DNA of 60,000 bases, taken from NCBI RefSeq assembly GCF_037042905.1, contig NC_087245.1, positions 35,714,001-35,774,000 on the forward strand, given 5' to 3'. A model generated the notes under the pieces. That model saw nothing but the letters and a program-made list of their open reading frames with translations. It did no database searches and had not been told where the DNA came from. Origin of the DNA: Lytechinus pictus. Taxonomy: Eukaryota. The position numbers and the translations under genes are program-made. This document shows, in pieces, positions 47,268 to 60,000 of the stretch. Each line of letters starts with the position of its first letter. Position 1 is the first letter of the stretch.

Positions 47268-50200
47268 CACTGAACTAGAAATATCTCTAGTAGTAGACTT
47301 GTTAACTGCAAAAAAAGGGGTGAACGCTGCATTTTTTAGTACAAATGTCCCACTTGGCACAAATGTTCCTTGAGTCAAAAGAAAAGGATTCATCCAAAGA
47401 GACACGCTGTATCTATGCAAATAAGCAAGTAATTTGCATAAATTTGCATATTATATCGATATAGTAAAAACAAGTATTTCAGAATATATTTTTAACCAGA
47501 ACTGCCCTAAAATTGGAAATAAAGACTTAGGGTAAGAAAGGGAAGAAAATTGTCATAAAATAATTGGGATATCCTTGTTTATTATTACCTAATTTACATA
47601 AATTATGCAAATTATAATTTAAAACAAAGTATTTTTTCATGAATCCTGAACTGTTTTATAAATAACAGCAATTAATACACAATATCAACATTCTACATGA
47701 AAGAGAATATATTAGCGAAAACATCGATATGCTTCATGACAGTATTAGTGTCTTAATTTGCTTAGAAAGAGGGCAAATATGTCAAAATGTATGACGTGAT
47801 ATTGCGCTAAAACGAGACCAAAACAACCTCTATGTCACAGTCACACTCACGAATCGGACAATAAAGTGATCAATGGTATGTCATTCGAGATAACACAATC
47901 TCAACACAATAGCTTCCATCGGCTTCTCGTATCGCTTTTGTTGGTGTGTCTGCCACACCGTAATCTATGGTATATACGGGCAAAATGCATTTCGGTATCG
48001 GTAAAACACTATTAATTTTGTTTTATTTGTTTCTAATTTGTTTCTCTTGGAAAATTTACAGGAGACATTGCTTTGCAGGTTACTGCTTTAATGAAGCTCT
48101 GGCACATGAATCATGACGAATGTACCCCACCTCAATCCATATTTTAACTTTGTTAAAATATATATCTTTTGGAGACCCCAAAGTGGCAAAACTGCATTCC
48201 CCGCGGCATTCCCGCTACTTTACAAAACCAGTTTGACTTGTATTATCGACTTGGAAAACTAGACAGATGTATGAGACATCAGTTAACATGTTTCCAGAAG
48301 ATAGTTTTTTTTTATTTAAGCCTACGTCCATGGGAGCCCTCCGAATTTACCCCATCCCCTCTCTGTATTTCGACACTAAATAAAAAAAATATATATCGTG
48401 TTTTAAAGCCACCGGCAAGGCAAATTGCGTTTTTGGTATAATAAAGCAACTTTTATATCTATATTTCATATTTATCTATATTAATATTATTATTATCATT
48501 AATATTATTATTATTATTATTGTTATTATTATTATTGTTGTTGTTGTTTTGCAGTTTGTAATAATGCTATAGCACAGTAAAGGCTATAACCCAACAGGAG
48601 CATGCCTAGGATACCCTTTCCCCTTTTGGTTTTATGTATTCAAAAATAGTTTATTGTCTTTAGAACTCATATCTTGGAATAGATTGAGGTGAAAATACTC
48701 TACAATTGACATGTAGAAGAGCTGTGGTACATTGAAGAAAAGCCACACGTAAGCTCTAAAATACCCCTTTATTGATTCCACTCTATGGTAAATTTAAATA
48801 TTTTTAGAGTCCATTCGGAAGAAAGATACATTTCTACTACACACAGTGAAGCCTTTTTACTTTCTCCTCTTGAAAAAAAAAACATAGAAGGCATTGTTTT
48901 ATATCGCATAAAATAAGTTCGTGTACATGACGGTGGCCTGTCGAAGTTGCCCAACCCTTTATTTTGTTTTGACAATATATATTTAGAATATCGTCTAAAT
49001 GAAGCCCTCATCTGGAAAAGGGCACTTATTAAAGGCAGCATCTACATTATATAGAGGAGGCCCTGGTACTTGGAAGCGGGGGCTGAAGCACCCGCAAGAT
49101 TTTTCTGAAAGGGGGGGTGGCTGTGCTGCGTGTGTTATTCTCCATAGACAGCACCCCCTGGAATTCCGGCAGATGTGACAAAACGAAAAAAAGAAACGTT
49201 ACCAAAAAAAAACCTTCATTTTGTAGTGCAATCCATTTTGTTTATTTGCTTGTTAAATTTCTTGATGTTAATTTGAAAAGCCAAAAAGTTTCAATGTAAA
49301 ATTTTGGTCCGAAGAAATTTAACAAGCTTCAGCCCCCTCTTCCCAGTGCCAGGGCCTCCTCTATATAATGTAGATGCTGCCTTTAATAAGTGCCCTTTTC
49401 CAGATGAGGGTTTCATTTAGACGATATTCTAAATATATATTGTCGAAACAAAATAAACGATTGGGCAACTTCGACAGGCCACCGTCACGTACACGAACTT
49501 ATTTTAAGAGATATAAAACAATGCCTTCTATGTTTTTTTTTTTCAAGAGGAGAATGCAAAGAATATAAAAATATAGATATAAAAGTTGCTTTATTATACC
49601 AAAAAACGCAATTTGCCTTGCCGATGGTTTTAAAACACGATATTTTTTTATTTAAAGTCGAAATACGGAGAGGGGATGGGGTAAATTCGGAGGGCTCCCG
49701 TGGGCGTAGGCTTAAATAAAATAAAAAAAACTTTCTTCAGGAAACATGTTGACTGATGTCTCATACATCTGTCTTTTCCAAGTCGATTATACAAGTCAAA
49801 CTGGTTTTGTGGCGGGAATGCAGGGGGATGCAGTTTTTGCCACCTCGGGGTCTCCAAAAAGATATATATTTTAATAAAGTTAAAATATGGATTGAGGTAG
49901 GATACATTCGTCATGATTCATGTGCCAGAGTTTCATTAAAGCAGTAACCTGCAAAGCAATGTCTCCTGTAAATTTTCCAAGAGAAACAAATTAGAAACAA
50001 ATAAAACAAAATTAATAGTGTTTTACCGATACCGAAATGCATTTTGTCCGTATGTATCATAGATTACGGTGTGGCAGACACACCAACAAAAGCGATACGA
50101 GAAGCCGATGGAAGCTATTGTGTTGAGATTGTGTTATCTCGAATGACATACCATTGATCACTTTATTGTCCGATTCGTGAGTGTGACTGTGACATAGAGG

Positions 50201-50735
50201 TTGTTTTGGTCTCGTTTTAGCGCAATATCACGTCATACATTTTGACATATTTGCCCTCTTTCTAAGCAAATTAAGACACTAATACTGTCATGAAGCATAT
50301 CGATGTTTTCGCTAATATATTCTCTTTCATGTAGAATGTTGACATTGTGTATTAGTTGCTGTTTTTTAAAAGCAGTTCAGGATTCATGAAAAAATACTCT
50401 GTTTTAAATTATAATTTGCATAATTTATGTAAATAAGGTAATAATAAACAAGGGTATCCCAATTATTTTATGACAATTTTCTTCCCTTTCTTACCCTAAG
50501 TCTTTATTTCCAATTTTAGGGCAGTTCTGGTTAAATATATATTCTGAAATACTTGTTTTTACTATATCGACATAATATGCAAATTTATGCAAATTACTTG
50601 CTTATTTGCATAGATACAGCGTGTCTCTTTGGATGAATCTTTTTCTTTTGACTCAAGGAACATTTGTGCCAAGTGGGACATTTGTACTCAAAAATGCAGC
50701 GTTCAACCTCTTAACAAGTCTACTATAGTTCAGTG
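47268..50735. mobile_element. Giant palindromic (foldback-type) non-autonomous element
   Basis: 47268-48472 is the reverse complement of 49561-50735, and 48856-49089 of 49326-49560. AGTTCACC is directly repeated at 47260-47267 and 50736-50743. Confidence 0.88.
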
Positions 50736-51587
50736 AGTTCACCCTGACAAAAAGTATTGTTTGGTGTAAACATAACATTAAAAATACTAATAGGCCCAAG
50801 TATTGCCGAAGGTTTGAGAAAAATCCATCAAAGAATAACAAATTTATTGGAATTGTAATTATTTGATTTGTGACGTCATATGAGAGCAGCTTTCCTGCAT
50901 ATATCAAGTGGAAAAAAATTAAATTAAAAATGTTTTTACTGTACAACATTCAGGTTTATCAATATAACAGACAAATCATGTCACACACATCCGTTCCTGA
51001 AAAGAAAATAAAAATAATTCACAACGAACCATTGAAAAAAATTTATGCATTTTATATAGGGCAGCTGAAACTTTTCAGTCAGTCCATGCGGGAGTCCATG
51101 GCCCCGAAGCCCATCTGTACGCCAACTGGGGGTGGGGGTAGTCTGCAGGCACAGATCCTGATTGAAACTTTGATCAACAAGTGTGTCTCCATGCAAAGAC
51201 TAGCACATACAAAACCCGCTTCAGTACACAAGGCATGAGTAGGCTGCACATTCAGACCCTTAACTCGAGTGAAGGGTTTGCACAGCAGACTAGGGTGGGG
51301 GTGGGGTGGAGGTCCTTAAGTCTGGAGTTTTAGATATGTTAGCTTCTACAAGACTAGGTACGTATATGTACCTCAACTAGATCACTAATGCGAGCGCGAA
51401 GCGCGAGCTGAATATTTTGAAATAATGACTTCAAAATGGACCGGGAATTTGAAGGATATTTGTCGGTTTTCAGGGTTATTTCCCTTTAGTTAGTTTCGTG
51501 ACTTTTCTGACTCTTTTAAATTTCAATGCTCATGTCTTTTGTACATCGTCCATTTATTCTACACCATAAACCGGGATAAAGAATACT

Positions 51588-51675
51588 AAAATAAATAAGT
51601 AAGTAAATAAATAAATAAATAAATAAGTAAATGAATAAGTAAATGAATAAATAAATAAATAAATAAATAAATAAG
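51588..51675. repeat. (AAAT)n microsatellite
   Basis: Direct reading. Confidence 0.95.
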
Positions 51676-52617
51676 TGACCTTCAAAAGGGTTGAAATACA
51701 AACGGGACATACTCCATCATGTATTTGGTTGCATGGATGGGTATAATTTTAAAAAGATGACTAATAATGTTTATACATGTTATTCTACAATGCGTCCCAG
51801 AATAAAAGGGAAACCGTAATTCAATTTTTGTACGGCCATCATAATTATAAATAAGTTGAACAATACGTTTCCCTTTTTTTCATTTAAGGCCCATCTCGAC
51901 GTTCATGATGCACGCATGGCTTAGAACAATAGAAAGTGGTGCTGCCAAATTCGATTTTTTTTTAAATAGTATTTTTGATGACTTTTACTGCTACATATTC
52001 TGAAAACAAGGTTCATTGCTTAAATATCAAACTTTCTTCCTTTAAATTTAGACTTTGTGCGTAAAATAATTAGGATTAACACATGGTCGAGAAAAATTTG
52101 CAAAATATATTTTATTTCTAGGCCTACCTATTCGACGGATCGTTGAAAAACAAACATTTCCAACGAAAGCAGTCGGACATTATGGGCTATCGTGATGAAT
52201 ACGCGGTGAGTTGGCTCGATGTTTGTAAAAAAAAAATCGCTCGAAATGATTAGATGAGGCAGGGCAGCGAAAATTTTTGGATGCCGAGGGGGGGGGGGTC
52301 CACTTAAAAACATTTAACCTTAAGCAAATATAAAAGGAGCTTTCTCCTCTACACTTGTAAAAATGATGTAGCTCTATTCTCTTTTTCTGCTTCGCACAGC
52401 CCCCTGTGAATTAAAAATGTAGCGACGAATGAAACGACTGAGAGAAGTTTGAGATAAAAATTATCATACTATTGCTATTGTAACATTGAATTCCAATAGC
52501 CATAGACTCAAGCCCGAGAAAACTCACGATATTAGTCTTTTAAGTGCCTTCACTACTCGGCCCGAACAGCCATAGGAATTTGTAATTTCTAATAGGCTAA
52601 ATACCATGAAGTGGGAA

Positions 52618-54144
52618 CAGTGGCGTACCGTGGGTCACGGCATTGGGGGCACCAAAATTTTTTTTAGTCACTTAGTGAAGTGTGCGCGCGAAGCGAGCTC
52701 GATTGCCAGGAATACTGACCTAATAGAGACATTTAAAGGACTGTGCCTTTGAACGGATATGTATCTCACTGATCAAATAATGCGAGCGCGAAGCGCGAGC
52801 TGAAAATGTGTTACATTCAGACCCCCAAAAAGGCCATTATAAGCACAATTTTATAAACATGATACGTACATGTCTCACTAGACAAACTATACGAGCGCGA
52901 AGTGCGAGCTGAAATTTTGGTATATTTTGACTCCAAACAGGGACATTTTAAGGACTATTTTTTAAAATGGTATTCATCGAGGAGCATACATATCTCACCA
53001 TAGTCATCTAATGCTAGCGCCAAGTGCTTGCTGATTTTGTTAGAATTACACCAAAACACATGAAGCACTTTTTGTAGACATTGTAACCATGAACATGATA
53101 ATTTATCACTAATCAAATATTGCGAGCGCGAAGCGCGAACTGAATTTTTTTTTTAATTCAGACCTGAAGAGGGGCATTTTAAGGCTTGTTTGTAGGATGC
53201 ACTAAGACCATACGTTTCTCACTAACCAAATGATGCGAGCACGAAGCGAGAGCTGAATTTTGATATTCAGGCCAGAAAAGGGACATTTTGGGAGCTGTTT
53301 TAGGAATGCTTGAAGAGCAGACATACCTCACCAATCTACTAATGCGGACGTAAGCACGTACTGGAATTTTTTTTAATATTCAGACCTTAAAAAGGGCAAT
53401 CACACTTTAAGTAGTCCATGAAAAAGAAGCATATTTTGTCTCTGCATAAAACAATAACAACTCGAAGTGCGAGGAAATATATTTGGTATGTAATGACTTG
53501 AAAACGGAATGTTCAAGTTTAGTACAACAGGATTTTAATCTCATTGAACAGACGACGCGAGCGCCAGGAATGATGAGCATAGACATAGACATTAAGCATA
53601 TCATGCTTCATAAAGTTATGAAAAAAAATACTATGTAATATAATGTTATGTATATCATAATATAATATAATCTAATGTAATATAATATAATATAATATAA
53701 TATAATATAATATAATATAATATAATATAATATAATATAATATAATATAATATAATATAATATAATATAATATAATATAATATAATATAATATAATATAA
53801 TATAATATGATATAATATAATATAATATAATATAATATAATATTATATAATATAATATAATATAATATAATATAATATAATATAATATAATATAACATAA
53901 TATGATATGATATGATATGATATGATATATGATATGATATGATATAATATAATATAATATAATATAAAAATATTATATTATAATATAATATAACATACAA
54001 TAATTTTTTCTTCCCCCACTATATGTTTCTCTTTCTTTCTCCCTCTTTTTGTTCTTTTCACCCAGTTTTTTTTTGCCAGCCGATTGGAGGAGGGGGGAGT
54101 GGGCACGGGGGCACGTACCCCCTTCCCCAATCGTTACGGCACTG
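52618..54144. mobile_element. hAT-like element containing a ~115-bp tandem array and an (ATATA)n microsatellite
   Basis: TIR cagtggcgtac / ttacggcactg, flanks agtgggaa / agtggaaa (7 of 8 match). Confidence 0.75.
53655..53995. repeat. (ATATA)n/(ATATG)n pentanucleotide microsatellite
   Basis: Direct reading. Confidence 0.97.
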
Positions 54145-54604
54145 AGTGGAAAAATGACATCATCAATTCAATTCAAACTTTATTGCAACCACAATGCATG
54201 AACAGATAAATAGTTGACAATAAGATTATGCATTTCATTTTTTAAATATTGATAATTATTTAATGACATAACCTGATAGTAGTTTTCCTAGCGAAATACC
54301 CCTTTTTCATTATTTCAGTGTTTTTGACACCCTTATTACGTTACGAACGGAACGTGCCCTGTCTTGAAAAAGAAATTACGTTTTTTTTTTTTTTTTTTTG
54401 GGGGGGTCACGCATGGTATCCACTCGTCAATCGAAGTGCCCCCCGGGCTACGATGATTCCTGTAATTCATTAGACACGATCTTTCGTAAAACAAATTACC
54501 ATCTCCTTAGTCTAAATTGGATTTATTTGCATATCATTTGAATGGGACTAAACAATCAGAGAAATGAGAGCGATTTCCTTTTGAGCAGATCGTAGTTGTA
54601 TCGC

Positions 54605-55189
54605 AGGTCAAGTCCACCCCAGAAAAATGTTGAATTGAATCAATAGAGAAAGATCCAACAAGCTTAACGCTGAAAATTTCATCAAAATTGCATGTAAAAT
54701 AAGAAAGTTATGCCATTTTAAAGTTTCGCTTATTTTTCACAAAACAGTAAAATATATGCACAACTCAGTAAAATGCAAGTAAGAGGGTCGATGACGTCCC
54801 TCACTCACTATTTCTTTGTTTGAAATACACAATTTTTTACAGATTTGACAATAAGGGCCTACTTGACTGAACCATAAAATTATAAACAATTGTAATTTCA
54901 CGTGTTCAGGGAGGATTGAAACTTTAATTATTTCAAAGGACAATGAGAAAATTTGAATATTTCATATTTCTATAATTATGATAAAATACAAAAGAAATAG
55001 TGAGTGACTGAGCCCCCTCATTTGCATAAAGACAAGGATGTCCATAATTATAACTATTTTGTGAAATTAAGCGAAACATAAAATGTCATTCTTATTTTAC
55101 ATCCGATTATGATGAAATTGTCAGTGTTATGCTTGTTGTATTTTTCTCTTTTTATTCAAATCAACTCTTTGTTAGGGTGGAATTGTCCT
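54605..55189. mobile_element. Kolobok-like MITE, same family as 25042-25634
   Basis: Colinear similarity, right flank TTAA. Confidence 0.82.
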
Positions 55190-55799
55190 TTAACGATAAG
55201 AAGGAGGTAACATAGGTCGGATATCCTGTTGCTGGTATATCATTCAGGTCATGGCTCTGCTCAACAGTACAACACTGCTCTCATGGCCATGCACACGCCT
55301 GCGCTCCAGTTACATCGATCTTCTTACACGGTTCCCGTAAAACAAAGTGGGGTGGGGGGTGGGAAGGGCATTCATCTATGCGGGGACCTCGATCGCTCTG
55401 GAATTCCCTCCCATGAGGGATCCGAGATAGCAAGTGTGTCGAAGCTAAAAACTTACCTCTGTATATAACTCCTAGACCACCTAATTCGTCCGCATGACGA
55501 ATTAAAAACTAGTCAATGATTTTTGATTTGCTATTATTTTGTTTGCCCCCCCCCCCACTTCACTATTATTGTGCGCCTTGAGCATCTGTAACGAGATGGA
55601 TATTGCGCCTAATAAATTGAATTTCTTATCATAATTCTTATCATGATTACAAACAGCAATAGGCCAGTTTTGCCCCCATGTACATCTATCCAGTCAGACA
55701 TAACTTTATTTTCACTCTCTGTTGTCTTTTGCAAAGTATTGCTCTTATCCAATTTACAATCGTGGAATGAAATTCTAACTGCTTTAACTTACATTGTGA

Positions 55800-56310
55800 A
55801 TACCTTGCGCGACCCAAAAACAAGTAAAAAGGATGTCTTTTTCAAGATAGGGCATGTTACATACGTAACGTAATAATGGTGTCAAAAACACTAAAATAAT
55901 GAAAAAAGGGTATCTATTTCGCTAGGAAAGCTAGTGTTTAGGGTCAAATTTTCGAGGGTATTAAATTTTTTTTATGTATTTTATAAAGGATGTACTTTTT
56001 GCCCCAAAAGTCAACACTACGTGTTTTGCACGAGGTGTGGGAGGTGGGGCCGTACTAAACCCAATGATGTAGGTAAAGGTAAAACTGAAGACTGTGCGAC
56101 GTCCGTGACACAACAATTCAAATATCGCTGTACTTGTTTAGGGGTTCAATTCAGGAAATACTTGCCAAGAGTATCGTTTATTTGTTTCCAATACGTGTTA
56201 GGATAGGATTTCACACGCCAATTACTTGTCAAGGGGTGCATTTTCAGAATATGAAAAATACTTGTTTGGGGTGCTTTTCGAGACCCCATGGTGCCCCCCC
56301 CCCCCCCGGA
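55800..56310. repeat. Interspersed repeat with a C-rich ccccgg end. A partial inverted copy lies at 54281-54447.
   Basis: 55800-55932 is the reverse complement of ~54281-54417. Confidence 0.65.
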
Positions 56311-56425
56311 TCCTATCCAATGCTTTCTTGTAATCTATTAACAAGCCAAAACATTCCCGGTCATATCATGATGGGAACAGGATATATGTCATGATCGTAC
56401 GCGAGCGTTAGCGCGATCGAGCTAC

Positions 56426-58022
56426 CAGCGGCGTAACAGGGGTCGGTGGCCAGGGGGGGCAAGAGCCAAAAATTTCCCGGTCATATCATTGAACAGGCAA
56501 TGGCGTCATAAGGCAAAAATTTTGAGGGGGCGATATGGCGTATCGGGAAAATGTATATATATATAAGCGAGCGAGCGAAGCGAGCGAGCAAAAAAAATTT
56601 GACATCTTTATTGCAAAAAATCCAATTTTGTGATAGATTTTGACATAATGTTAAAAAGATGATATCATATATTCACCCTCCTCTCTTTCCTTTTTTCTCT
56701 CTTTTTTTTGTACGCCACGGTGAACAGGATTTTTGTTATGAACTTATGATTGTGAGCATCAGGGCGAAGCTCTATATGCTTGAGGGGGCCGAGTATGGCG
56801 CTTTTGGCAAGAAGTAGCTTGATATAGGTCCCGAGCGAGCGAAGCGAGCGAGATAAAAAATCACCTTTTCATGAGAATCTAACATGAAGATAGATTTTAA
56901 CGTGATATTCAGAAAAATATAATACACTTTCCTTTCTTTCCTCATTTTGTTTGTTTGGTTGTAGAACTTTTGGGGGCCATGGTCCAAACTCATCCATATA
57001 ACAGTGTTTTATGGGTAGGGTCCAGGGCAGAGCCCCGGAACCTCTTGATATCAAAGCCATTTTAAACCTTACAGATGGCCACTTATTTTAATCAAATTGC
57101 GTGTATATTTATATAGCTTTAACACAACACATAAATTCAATGCAGTTGTGTATCGTAATCATCCAAATATTGTGAGGGGCACACCATAGCAAATGTGGGA
57201 AAATTTGTAAAAAGTCGCCAGCGAGCGAAGCGAGCCAGAAAAAAATGGCCTGTTAAAATGAAATTCTAATTATGTGATAGATTTTTACATCATTATAGCA
57301 AATATCATGTCATATATTTTTTTTCATTCATCTCATTTCGCTGCCTCCTTTATTTTCTTTTATTTCCCCTTGGCTGTGGAACCACCCCCCGGTACGCCAG
57401 TGCTTCAACGTAAAGCTTAATGCAGGAAAGGTCCATATAGGGGCCCGTTATAGAACCCATTGGAGGTTACAGATGAAGAGCCCCCACTGCACGGGGTCTT
57501 GACTCTTGGACAGAGCCTTTGGAGATTTAGCAAGTTTATGATATATAGACTTTCATACGACATTATGCTATATACCATCCATTTTTCTTCCCGCTCGTTA
57601 TCTCAATCCTCGGCAGCCCGGTAGTGTACGTTATCTTGTCCCTATTCTTTATTTTCCAATTTAGATTTTGGCTAATTCCATTCTGCCTTTATTTCCCGCT
57701 TTTGTTTGCCTTTTTGTCATCTTTAATTTATTTCACTGTCTTACTAATCATGCTAATGTATTTGTATATCGGGGCGAATTGTTCTTTGTCACTTGCTCTT
57801 TTTCCTTCCTTTTCCCGTTATCTTTCCGTTTTCCCTTTTTTATGTTTTTTCTTAGTTTTCTTTTCCCTTTTCCTTTCCCTTTCCCCTTTTTTCTTTCCTT
57901 TCCCTTTCCCTTTCTTCCCCCTTTTTTTTTCTTTTTCCCGTTTTTTTTTATTTTCCCGGTGAGCTCCGCCAGGGGGGGGGGGCAGCTTGCCCCCCCTGCC
58001 CCCCCCCCCGCCTGTTACGCCA
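56426..58022. mobile_element. Composite hAT-like element with a nested insertion at 56498-56720
   Basis: TIR cagcggcgtaacagg / cctgttacgcca, CGAGCTAC on both sides. The inner element is flanked by TGAACAGG on both sides. Confidence 0.72.
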
Positions 58023-59849
58023 CGAGCTACATATGCGGAAACGTGATGAGCTAAAAACAAAACAAAAACAAAACACAAAGGGTCACAGCAAGAAAAAAAT
58101 CCACTTTTCCATTGGAATCTATAATACAAATGATAGAAATTAACATCCTACACCTTTTCACTTCCTGTTCTTTTTGTCTCCTATTCTTGTTTTGTTCTTG
58201 GTCGTAGAACATTTAGGGATATGCCTTCTGTACATGCATGCAAGCCCTTCCACAATGTAGGCCTACGTCAGTGCTATGGGGGTGGGGTCTTAGGGCGGAG
58301 CCCCGGAACCTCTCGAGATTCAGCCACTTACTTTAACCTCAAAGCTGTCCGCTATTTTTAATCAAATCACGGGTATAAATGATTTACACAACACATTACG
58401 TCAACGCAGTTGCGTAATAAACCAAAAAATTCGAAGGGCCACAACATGGCAAGCGAGTGAAGCGAGCGAGATTTTTTATTTATTTTTTCCTCATGAAAAT
58501 GAAATTCTAATTATGTAACAAAGGGGCATGCTATAGCACTTAGCTAATGCTTGCTCCGGGGAGAGTTAGCTGGGCGGTATCTTTCAAAGTTCGTAGGCTT
58601 ATTTCTGTCCTGATTAATTATTGAACCGTTATTTCATAAAATCTGGCAAGCCTATAACATTTTAAACTATATATTTTTCCCGTTTTCTATTATTAATCCC
58701 GGCCTTGTTCTTTATTATTTTTTCTTCAATTTCCAATTCAGGTACACCATGCAAGTTTAGCTAATTCTATTCTGCTTTCATTTCCCGTTCTATTTGCCTC
58801 TTTTATTTCCCTTTTCTGTCATACTCATAAAGTCCTGTTTCATAAGTGCCATTTCGATCTAATTTTATTCAAATTTCTTACTAATTTATAACATAATGGT
58901 TAGTTTCGGTCATGTTCGCTCATTTGGTGTACGTAGCAGACGATGCTAGCCTGCTCGTATATAGTATATTTACGCAGACCCTTTTGCAAATCAAAATCAA
59001 TTCCGGACTCAATATTTGCTCCTCAAACTGTAGCTATACTATAGATATCAGTAAGCAAAGCTTTATAGTACAAGAACAGTGTTACTTTCAACATATAAAT
59101 GCGTTAATTAAGTTTATTTTGACTTTATTAATTGTTTCAAATGAAAAGGGTCTAGGAATAGAAACTATTATACGTTAGTCACGTGACGTTGTAGACAGAA
59201 ATATGCCATGTTCTGCCTGCTCGATCTCAAAGTTTGGGAGAAAATGAGATGTAACCATTATACCAGTCATAAAGTATTAAACATCAAACTGTAGGTAATC
59301 TATTTAGCATTGAGATGACAATCAATCTCGACCTTTCTGACCCTCAAGGATATTCCAGGGGGAAAACAAAGGTGCCAGCGTCTCGAAAATATGGGTGGTT
59401 TTAGACCGTTTGCCATAACAAAAGTTGTGAACATGGACACTTTCAAATGAACAGCGAGACGTTAATAGTGAATTAATTGTAATAATATTTACATCAAATT
59501 AATGGAATTGGACACAATTTTCACTCTATTATCAATCTGGTGTGAGATTATTAATAGTTATAAAGATATACCCGGATTTCTGCAATATTACGTTCATGAA
59601 AACCACTGTTCCCTGTGTTGAAGCTGTGTGTGAGGACTTTCGGACACTCAAATGCACGCGACTAACCATTATGATGAATAAATGAATAAATAAAGACTAA
59701 AAATATTTCGGATTTTTCTTTCTCACATATTCTTCTTTGCTTCCTTTTCCCCTTTTTCGTTCCGTTATATACCTTATGTATTTTTTCCCTTCTTTTCCCT
59801 TTTTCGATATCCCTAATTTCCCTTTTCTTTTTTTCCCCATTTCCTCTTT

Positions 59850-60000
<151 letters not shown>

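Noticed and set aside
48769..49568. Two near-identical ORFs (MLPLISALFQMR...) on opposite strands
   Set aside because: A by-product of the palindrome arms, with no recognisable domain
52680..53400. Regularly spaced palindromic repeats resembling a CRISPR array
   Set aside because: Eukaryotic context, the inter-repeat segments are homologous to each other rather than unique spacers, and there are no cas genes.
53608..54000. 130-aa YYIIL-repeat ORF
   Set aside because: It is a translation of the (ATATA)n microsatellite.
57624..58129. Phe-rich and Lys-rich ORFs
   Set aside because: Low-complexity pyrimidine tract inside a transposon

Overview
This is AT-rich, intron-containing animal genomic DNA. 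The repeat landscape and protein sequences suggest an invertebrate deuterostome, probably a sea urchin (inference). Two conserved genes face each other tail to tail. GCLC (glutamate-cysteine ligase catalytic subunit, + strand) has 13 coding exons in the window from 427 to the stop at 23544, and its 5' exons lie upstream of the window. ARMC4/ODAD2 (outer dynein arm docking complex armadillo protein, - strand) is complete, with 16 coding exons from 44361 to 31956 encoding about 1047 aa. All introns in both models are GT-AG and phase-compatible. Introns and intergenic DNA are dense with non-autonomous DNA transposons (Harbinger-, hAT-, Kolobok-, CACTA- and TA-flanked types), tRNA-derived SINEs, an L2 LINE 3' fragment and microsatellites. 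The most unusual structure is a ~3.5-kb non-coding near-perfect palindrome (47268-50735) bounded by an 8-bp direct repeat. There are also several cleanly resolvable nested insertions and transposon-borne X-box/CCAAT and CRE motifs near the two genes. I see no evidence of a novel protein-coding system.
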